Shown piece after piece: positions 29,201-35,972 of a DNA stretch of 64,000 bases. The DNA lies in assembly GCA_040080835.1 (NCBI GenBank), contig JBEBHP010000020.1, forward strand, positions 5,900-69,899, written 5' to 3'. The translations under genes were made by a program, and so were the position numbers. The notes under the pieces are model-generated. The model did no database searches. It had not been told where the DNA came from and worked only from the letters and a program-made list of their open reading frames with translations. How positions within the stretch are numbered: position 1 is the first letter of the stretch; the number at the start of each line of letters is the position of its first letter. Source of the stretch: Micropepsaceae bacterium. Lineage in GTDB: Bacteria; Pseudomonadota; Alphaproteobacteria; Micropepsales; Micropepsaceae.

Positions 29201-30608
29201 GCGCCAGCAGCACATGAGTCTGATTGTCGAACGGCGAGGCCGTCGCTGCCATGTCGTTGATGAAGGCATGGTCCGTGAATTGAACCGTACCACCTGTGGC
29301 TGTCTGAATTTGCGCAATGGTCAGCGGAGCGCTGGGATCAAGCACAAACGCAACGATGTTTGCACCCACCTTCACAGAAATCTGAACGTGGCCGGTTGCT
29401 GCATCTGGCGTGAAGTTGCCATAGGCATCCGACAGGAGAACGGGAACGTTGCCGACGTACTTGTCTTCAAGTACCAGACCGAACTTCAGGGCGTTCGCCT
29501 TCACATCGCTCCACGTCGCCATGCCCGAGTTGTCATCGGCATTGCCGAGAACTCCATCCTTGCCGGCCGCATGCTGAAGCAGGTTGCCGGTCGTGTGCAG
29601 CTTACCGTCGATGCCTAGGATGTATTCGCGCAGGAACACCTGGTGCGAAGGATGCGAAGAGTAGGTCTGGTTCTGGTCGACGAAAGGCGAAGTGGTGTTG
29701 ATGTTCTCGTGAATATCGTCGGACGTTCCGATGATACCGTCAGCGCCCGCCGATACAGTCAGGTTGGTCGCGCGCGTCAGCGCCATGAACTGCAGATTTG
29801 GATTTGTAATTTCATCGCCGGTTCCGGCAATGCCGTCCGGACCCAGTGTGATCAGTGGGTCATCTGCTGCAAGCGGGATGAAGACTGTTCCCTGGCTGCC
29901 CTTGGTGATGAGATCCAGGCCGTGATCGAAGAACTGACCGAAGAACGTCATCCAGCTGTTGAACGGCGCCGAGAGGCCTGCGTCCGGTGTCACGTTTCCG
30001 ATGAACAGGTTGACTTTGTCGGCGGGCGAGAGGTCGTCAGAGTTTCCTGAAATGCCATCAGCGCCCCACAGGTCGTCGACATTGCCTGCGATTCCGTCAA
30101 GGCCCGCGCCCCATGCATCGTCGGCGGTACCAAAGACGCCATCTGCACCGGGTAGAATCAGGCCACTGGGGTTAGACGAGAAGTCGGTGTAGCCGTCGCC
30201 GAGCTGTGCGGCGAAATCCTGTGCGGCTTGAAGGGCTGCGGGGTTGTTTGCACTGATGTCCGAGATCAGATTTGAAATTGTGCGTGGGGCGCCATCAACA
30301 ACATTGACCCCCATGATTGCGCCCGGTGCGGTTGACGCATAGGTCATGAAATCGCCTGCAACACCGCGATGGGCGTCGAAGATGGTTTCGTCGACATTGA
30401 CCGTGCGGAAATACTCTTGCGTGTAGGTGGCGAAGGGCTGGTCGGCCGACCCAAATGTGCTTTGCCCGGGAACCGAGTTGTTGTTCGTTCCCGCAACCTC
30501 TCGCAGACCAAAAGCCAGATGCGGGCTGACCGGAGGTGTGTTGGTCTCAGCCATCTGGATCTGCGTCAGCAGGTACTGAAGGTCATTTTTTGTAAATGTA
30601 ACAGCCAT
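23286..30608 (-). CDS. giant secreted animal-type haem peroxidase with RTX Ca-binding repeats (MopA-like)
   Basis: The distal-His motif [10 protein letters not shown] maps to 29913..29942. [22 protein letters not shown] is also present. The proximal-His motif RFGHSML maps to 28740..28760. [15 protein letters not shown] and DLWIGGLAE complete the peroxidase signatures. Two blocks of GGxGxD nonapeptide repeats follow, then three ~60-aa W-x-W beta-domain repeats and an uncleaved C-terminal T1SS-type tail (..[11 protein letters not shown]...STDFHL). The ATG at 30608 is preferred over the TTG at 30614. Confidence 0.95.
   Translation of the reverse strand: [2440 protein letters not shown]
23580..24677 (-). 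repeat. RTX nonapeptide repeat block 2 (ORF-track aa ~1980-2345)
   Basis: [27 protein letters not shown]...[10 protein letters not shown]...AGDDGNDTF...[10 protein letters not shown]. Confidence 0.9.
27000..27536 (-). repeat. RTX nonapeptide repeat block 1 (ORF-track aa ~1027-1205)
   Basis: [47 protein letters not shown]..., consecutive GGxGxDxUx units. Confidence 0.9.
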
Positions 30609-30991
30609 GGTCAAACACCCCTAGAATTTCCGGGCTTTCGCGCCTTTGGTTACAGCTCTGCAACCTTTGAGCCCAAAGCGCGCACCCGATTTGTTGAATC
30701 TCGACGGCACAATTCCCGCACCGCGCAAACTCAATCTGCAACCTGACGGGAAGCTGACTTGTTAGTGCGACGGCCTGTCGCACTTCGGGCTTGGAATAAA
30801 CTGGAAGTGCCATTTTTTTGGCTGGAAAATAGGAAAACCATTGATGGTCTCGGTGCCAAAAAAGCCAGAAAAAATCAGGGTTTTTTGAGGACTGTTAGAG
30901 GGTGGGAAATGGGTGCCAATTGCGAATGTCTCATATGTGCAGCACGGCTTCGTCGAATAGGTATTAATACTAATTAGTAGGGATTAATTCC
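30609..30991. promoter_or_regulatory. AT-rich divergent control region (peroxidase operon <> atypical response regulator)
   Basis: 383 nt, visibly lower in GC. It contains homopolymer runs (T7 at 30813, A6 at 30858, A6 at 30869, T6 at 30881). There is a 9-bp inverted repeat, ttttttggc (30814-22) / gccaaaaaa (30855-63). Three AT palindromes (attaat, taatta, attaat) lie at 30963-30988, directly before the GTG start. Confidence 0.5.
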
Positions 30992-31729
30992 GTGCGCGTG
31001 CTTTTGGGCGAAAATCAGCGACAATTCGGACTGCAGTTGCGGCAGCGGCTGCGTGCACAATGCGAGGTGGACTTCGCCAGAGACGTGCCAAATCTGAACA
31101 GTTTTCTACTGCAACGTGCTTACGGGTTAGTCATTTTGGCTATGGACGTACCTAAAGAAGACAGAATTAAGCTCATTGAGTTGTGCAAGCAGTTCTCGCA
31201 GAAAACAGCCATCATGATCGTTACCGATCCCGCGCCGGTGCATGAGCGCGTGCAAGCCCTCGAAGCAGGTGCGGACGATGTGTTGATGCGGCCCGTGCAT
31301 CTGGATGAGCTGGTCGCGCGCGCCAGGGCGCTGATGCGCCGTGCGGACGCGTCACTGCTGGCAAAGATACGCGTTGGCAATCTTGAACTTGCTGATGACG
31401 GCGAGATCTATTTCCACGGCGCGCGAGCAGTGTTGCAGCAGGCCGAGCAGAAAGTGCTGTCAATCCTGGTTCGACGTGCGGGTCGACTGGTCACCAAGTC
31501 GATGATCGACCGGGCAGTAACGGGTGTCGACAGCGAAGAGCTGTCGTCCAATGCCATCGAGCAGCGAATGTCGCGCTTGCGTAGGATACTCGACACGTCG
31601 AACACCAACGTGCAGATCAACACGATCCGCGGCTCAGGCTATATCCTGGAGGCAAGGCCGTTGCACTCTCGGGTCAATGAAGACCACGAGGACCAGGAAG
31701 CGACGGAGATGCGGGTCCACGGCGCTTGA
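30992..31729 (+). CDS. OmpR/PhoB-family winged-helix regulator with pseudo-receiver domain
   Basis: GTG start. The C-terminal wHTH is clear (RVGNLELADDG...LSILVRRAGRLVTKSMI...RMSRLRRIL...INTIRGSGYILE). The receiver fold is retained, but the acidic pocket DD is EN, the phospho-acceptor position is Ala (LVILAMDVP, codon 31139..31141) and the conserved Lys is Arg (DDVLMRPV). Confidence 0.85.
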   Translation: MRVLLGENQRQFGLQLRQRLRAQCEVDFARDVPNLNSFLLQRAYGLVILAMDVPKEDRIKLIELCKQFSQKTAIMIVTDPAPVHERVQALEAGADDVLMRPVHLDELVARARALMRRADASLLAKIRVGNLELADDGEIYFHGARAVLQQAEQKVLSILVRRAGRLVTKSMIDRAVTGVDSEELSSNAIEQRMSRLRRILDTSNTNVQINTIRGSGYILEARPLHSRVNEDHEDQEATEMRVHGA

Positions 31730-31745
31730 GGATTGCGTGATCGTT

Positions 31746-32018
31746 CTACTCTGCCGCCCGCTGACGAAGCGCCAGCTCGAACGGGACGACGTTCTCCGGT
31801 AACGGCTTGACCCGTGCACGTCGTTTGGGTTGCGGATCGGGCAGCCTTTCATAGATGCCTGCGTCTTCGCCGGCTTCCATGAAGGAGTCGAGCACCTCAA
31901 TAAGTTTCATGAACTGGAACCAGGCATACGGCGTTTGCGTGCCAGTGGTCATGCGGTCCACTGCCCAGTCTTTTAGAACACGCATCTGCGTGTCTGGCGT
32001 CCTTGCCGATTTCATCAA
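31746..32018 (-). CDS. hypothetical protein
   Basis: A 90-aa ORF with protein-like composition, convergent with the regulator. No motif recognised. Confidence 0.35.
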   Translation of the reverse strand: MMKSARTPDTQMRVLKDWAVDRMTTGTQTPYAWFQFMKLIEVLDSFMEAGEDAGIYERLPDPQPKRRARVKPLPENVVPFELALRQRAAE

Positions 32019-32101
32019 GCCCTACCCAAACTAGTTTCTGATCATCGCGAATCAGTAGCATCGAGATTGAGCCACCCCGGTTAATCGACACTTAATGCAG
32101 G

Positions 32102-33994
32102 TCAGGCGCCGCCGTCGACCGGCTTGCGTGCTGCTTCATAGGTCTCGGAGGCCTGCAGCCATGCTGTCTCCGCAACTTCAATCTGCTTCTGCAAATCCGC
32201 GCGCTGCTTTGTCAGCGAAGTCACCTGACCAGGCTCCTTCTCGTAGAGATCGGGCGCATTGAGCGCAGTCTCCATCTTCTGGAGGTCTGCCTGGAGCCTG
32301 GCGATCCGCTTTTCCGCTTCATCAGCGGCCTTCTTCAGCGGAGCAATCTGCGCGCGCCTGTCGGCTGCAGCCTTGCGTTCCTCCGCCTTGGTGAGCTTCG
32401 GCGCAGACGAAGCAGACTTGCTGCTGGCTGGCTTTCGTTCATCGAGCAGGACGCGTCGGTAGTCATCCATGTCCCCGTCAAAGGGTGTGACGCATCCATT
32501 GGCCACCAGCCACAGGCGATCAGCGCAGGTTTCCACCAGATGCGGATCGTGACTGATCAGAAGCACGGCGCCCGGATAGTCGTTAAGCGCCAAAACCAAT
32601 CCTTCTCGGCTGTCGATATCGAGATGGTTCGTCGGTTCGTCAAGAATAAGCAGATGCGGCGCATCAAGCGATGCGATCATGATGAGGAGCCGTGCGCGTT
32701 CGCCGCCTGAAAGGTTTCCAATGATGGTGTCGGCTTTGGATTCCGGAAACCCGGCAGTCCCCAATCGCGTGCGCGCTTCTTGCTCCCGGATATGGGGCAA
32801 CAGGTTCATGAGATGGCGCACGGGCGTGATGTTCGCAGACATTTCGTCAAGTTGGTGCTGGGCGAAGTAGCCGATCCTGAGACGTCGCGCCCTGGTCACG
32901 GTGCCTTCCATCGGTTTCAGCCGGCTGGAGATCAGCTTGGCGAATGTGGATTTGCCATTTCCGTTTGCACCCAGCAGGGCGATGCGGTCATCCGGATCGA
33001 TGCGAAGTTCCATGCCCGACAGAATCGCCCGGCCGTCGTAACCGGCACTCACGCGATCGAGGGCAAGAAGTGGCGGCGACAATTCCTCTGGTTCACCCAG
33101 CCGAAAAGGGGCCACCCGCTCGTTGGAGATACCGGCAATCGGCTGCAGCTTCGCAATTGCCTTCAGGCGGCTTTGCGCCTGACGAGCCTTGGAGGCCTTG
33201 TAGCGAAAGCGGTCGACAAAGGCCTGCATGTGCTTGCGCTGCACATCCTGTTTCGTGCGTTGTGCTTCAGCAACCGCCATACGCTCGCTGCGCGTTCTTT
33301 CGAAGGTGTCATAGTTGCCCGTGTAGAACGTGAGCTTCTTGTCTTCCAGGTGCAGGATTGAATCGACGGCGGTATTCAGCAAATCGCGATCATGACTGAT
33401 GAGAAGCATGGTTCCCTGAAAGCGCTTGAGGTATTGCTCAAGCCAGATCGAACCTTCAAGATCAAGATAGTTTGTCGGCTCGTCGAGGAGCAGCAGGTCC
33501 GGATTGGAAAACAGCACCGCCGCCAGCGCAACCCGCATGCGCCAGCCACCGGAGAACTCCGAGCATGGACGCAGTTGCGCCGCCGCATCAAAGCCAAGGC
33601 CCGCCAGGATTTCGGCCGCCCGCGCGGGTGCCCGGTGGGCGCCGATGTCGGAAAGCCGTGTTTCAATTTCGGCAATGCGCAAAGGGTCGGTTGCCGATTG
33701 CGATTCCGCGAGCAGGTTCGCCCGCTCGACATCGGCCTCAAGCACGGTGTCGATGAGCGAGGTGGGGCCGCCGGACACTTCCTGCGCCACGCCACCAATG
33801 CGCCAGTCTCGCGCGATGGTAATTTCACCACCATCAGTTTCGACTTCCTGGCGGATCAGCCGGAAGAGCGTCGTTTTGCCTGTTCCATTGCGTCCGACCA
33901 GGCCGACCTTGTGGCCGCCAGGAATATTTGCCGAGGCCTGCTCAAAAAGCGGCCGACCTTCGATCCGATAGGTAAGGTTGTTGATACGTAACAT
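32102..33994 (-). CDS. ABC-F family ATPase (Uup/YheS-like translation-associated factor)
   Basis: 630 aa with two Walker A sites (GRNGTGKTT, GANGNGKST), two LSGG signatures, no TM domain and a C-terminal coiled-coil tail. Confidence 0.9.
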   Translation of the reverse strand: MLRINNLTYRIEGRPLFEQASANIPGGHKVGLVGRNGTGKTTLFRLIRQEVETDGGEITIARDWRIGGVAQEVSGGPTSLIDTVLEADVERANLLAESQSATDPLRIAEIETRLSDIGAHRAPARAAEILAGLGFDAAAQLRPCSEFSGGWRMRVALAAVLFSNPDLLLLDEPTNYLDLEGSIWLEQYLKRFQGTMLLISHDRDLLNTAVDSILHLEDKKLTFYTGNYDTFERTRSERMAVAEAQRTKQDVQRKHMQAFVDRFRYKASKARQAQSRLKAIAKLQPIAGISNERVAPFRLGEPEELSPPLLALDRVSAGYDGRAILSGMELRIDPDDRIALLGANGNGKSTFAKLISSRLKPMEGTVTRARRLRIGYFAQHQLDEMSANITPVRHLMNLLPHIREQEARTRLGTAGFPESKADTIIGNLSGGERARLLIMIASLDAPHLLILDEPTNHLDIDSREGLVLALNDYPGAVLLISHDPHLVETCADRLWLVANGCVTPFDGDMDDYRRVLLDERKPASSKSASSAPKLTKAEERKAAADRRAQIAPLKKAADEAEKRIARLQADLQKMETALNAPDLYEKEPGQVTSLTKQRADLQKQIEVAETAWLQASETYEAARKPVDGGA

Positions 33995-34145
33995 GGGCCG
34001 CGGTCTCTAAAGCGCTTCGCGCCCCAGGGGAAGCCCAAACGGTCTGGCCGCGACAATGAGGGGAGGGGGTGGTCCTTGCAGGTCAGCCCCCCCGTCTGTA
34101 TGAAAGCGGCCAAATTTCCCCTCAGTTTACCTAAGGAATTGCTAC

Positions 34146-34568
34146 ATGACGACGGAACGCACCTTTTCCATCATCAAACCGGACGCTACCCGCCGCAATC
34201 TGACGGGAAAGGTGGTCGAGCGCCTCGAAGCCGCAGGACTCAGGGTTGTTGCGTCAAAGCGCGTCTGGTTGTCCACGAAACAGGCTGAAGCGTTCTACGG
34301 CGTGCACAAGGCCCGTCCATTCTTCCATGATCTCGTGAAGTTCATGACCTCCGGGCCTGTCGTGGTTCAGGTCCTGGAAGGCGTGAACGCCGTCGCGAAG
34401 AACCGCGAAGTGATGGGGGCTACCGATCCCTCCAAGGCGGCGCCGGGCACCATCCGCAAGGATTTTGCCGAGTCGATCGAAGCGAACTCGGTGCATGGTT
34501 CCGATAGCGTCGAGAACGCCGCCAACGAAATCCGCTTCTTCTTTTCGGATACCGAAATCGTCGGCTAG
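34146..34568 (+). CDS. ndk: nucleoside-diphosphate kinase
   Basis: 140 aa with [10 protein letters not shown] and the active-site NSVHGSDS. Confidence 0.97.
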   Translation: MTTERTFSIIKPDATRRNLTGKVVERLEAAGLRVVASKRVWLSTKQAEAFYGVHKARPFFHDLVKFMTSGPVVVQVLEGVNAVAKNREVMGATDPSKAAPGTIRKDFAESIEANSVHGSDSVENAANEIRFFFSDTEIVG

Positions 34569-34604
34569 GCCGACCTGCGCCTCACAGTACCCTTGAAAGG
34601 CGGA

Positions 34605-34643
34605 ACAGCGGTTGCAGGTAGTGCAGGCCGCTGTCTTTCTTTG
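34605..34643 (+). terminator. candidate terminator after ndk
   Basis: A 7-bp stem, acagcgg / ccgctgt, with a 16-nt loop, followed by ctttctttg. It lies between convergent genes. Confidence 0.35.
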
Positions 34644-34660
34644 TGGCCGCTTGACCGCCG

Positions 34661-35107
34661 CTATTTGCTGTAGATTGTGTATTTGAAGGTTTTCGCGGTG
34701 ATGGCCGCCGAGTAGAAGTGTTTTGCCGCCTCTCCGCTTGAGCAGGGCGGCTGCAGTTGCGAAGCCGACCCGCGCCGAATGAATGCATTGCCGTCGGTTG
34801 GAATGCACACTGGCGAAAAGTCTCTGTCTTCTTGCCATTCGCCATTTTCATTGAACGCAAAATAATACAGCTTTTCTCCAGTGTAGTCCCCGGTCAGCGC
34901 TACAAAGCAATCGCCGTTTTCCATCGGTTGCCACCCTCGCGCCTCGATTGTGTCATATGGAACAGTTACATGCGCTGCGATCGACACATTCAAAAATGTG
35001 CCTGTCTTGTTGCAAAAGGTAACATCTGCGCTGGCGGCCTGGCTGCTGGCAACGAGCAAGCCCAGTCCCAAAAGGAACGATTGAACCAGTTTCTGCATTG
35101 AATTCAT
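34661..35107 (-). CDS. exported Cys-containing protein, DUF1036-like
   Basis: A signal peptide (..SSQAASA) and then the pattern FCNKT...V..A......GW......C.....YYFAF....W......C......F......C, as I recall for DUF1036. Not verified by HMM. Confidence 0.55.
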   Translation of the reverse strand: MNSMQKLVQSFLLGLGLLVASSQAASADVTFCNKTGTFLNVSIAAHVTVPYDTIEARGWQPMENGDCFVALTGDYTGEKLYYFAFNENGEWQEDRDFSPVCIPTDGNAFIRRGSASQLQPPCSSGEAAKHFYSAAITAKTFKYTIYSK

Positions 35108-35146
35108 CCTCCATATCCTGAAAATCTTTGTTTCAAAGACTGCAAT

Positions 35147-35641
35147 CTAGTTTCGTTTGGCAGCGCTTGATGTGGCTGACGTCAGGCTGGTACCGGTTCC
35201 TGCCACGCTGAATGCTTTCGAAATGGCCGTGGTAATTGCGTCCCGTTCGCTGCTGGTCGTCTTGTCCGTGATGGTCCAGTGTCCGGGCGCAACATCCGTA
35301 CGGCTGGACGTGAGTGCAATCGTCTTGGTTCCGTCCTTCACGTCGACCGAAACAGAACACTTCTCGTCATTGCTCTTGAGCGATACGGAATAGGCATCCG
35401 TCGGCGATGGAGCAGTGACAACAACATCAATGATGCGGCTCAGTTCTGCTCCCGCACCTTGGGTGGTCGGCCCCTGCAATGGGATCGCTGCATAAGCTGC
35501 CGGTTGCTGGTTCGCTTTCACAATGTGCCCCGCCTGCGTGGTAGCACTTTCGGTGGAGTCGGCATGGGCCAAAGGAAATGCTGTGGCCGCAAATATCGTG
35601 CACGCAGTGACAAGCGCTGCAGAGAAATTTGGATTTTTCAT
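35147..35641 (-). CDS. exported hypothetical protein, paralogue A
   Basis: ATG at 35641 after AGAGG. The signal peptide ends AHA|DSTE. Paralogous to 35973..36452. Confidence 0.6.
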   Translation of the reverse strand: MKNPNFSAALVTACTIFAATAFPLAHADSTESATTQAGHIVKANQQPAAYAAIPLQGPTTQGAGAELSRIIDVVVTAPSPTDAYSVSLKSNDEKCSVSVDVKDGTKTIALTSSRTDVAPGHWTITDKTTSSERDAITTAISKAFSVAGTGTSLTSATSSAAKRN

Positions 35642-35920
35642 GAGACCTCTTTTCAAAGTTCTGAATGATTATGTTCACAAGTCGCCAGTTCGCCATGAAG
35701 AGCAACAGCGAGAGAAATCACGCTAGCGTCTAGAAAATGAGAGGGCAACAAAGTGTTTGTCCGCGTCGTGTGTGGATTGCCAGCGACGCACAGCAGCTTG
35801 TGTATGAACGGAAATCTGCACATGTTCAGGCGAACGGCACCGGAAGGCTTCAACCCATGGCGTATGCACACAGAGGCGATTGCGACTGATCGATTCACTT
35901 GCTGATTGAATCGGTTAAAT

Positions 35921-35944
35921 GAAAAACGGCCCCGTCAGGGGCCG
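35921..35944 (-). terminator. rho-independent terminator after paralogue B
   Basis: cggcccc-gtca-ggggccg is a 7-bp GC stem. On the minus strand it is followed by a T5 run (plus-strand aaaaa at 35922-26). Confidence 0.7.
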
Positions 35945-35972
35945 CACAACAGGAACGAGAGTTTGCTGAAAC

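Noticed and set aside
23286-31729. Type I secretion genes (ABC/MFP/TolC) or a partner histidine kinase for the oxidase cluster
   Set aside because: I searched all ORFs flanking the cluster. The only ABC protein (32102..33994) is a soluble ABC-F factor without TM domains, and no kinase is present. No T1SS or two-component sensor is therefore claimed in this window.
35653-35898. 81-aa ORF in the gap between the two secreted paralogues
   Set aside because: There is no Shine-Dalgarno and the sequence is Cys/His/Arg-rich junk. The region is better explained as a promoter or leader plus the terminator at 35921-35944.
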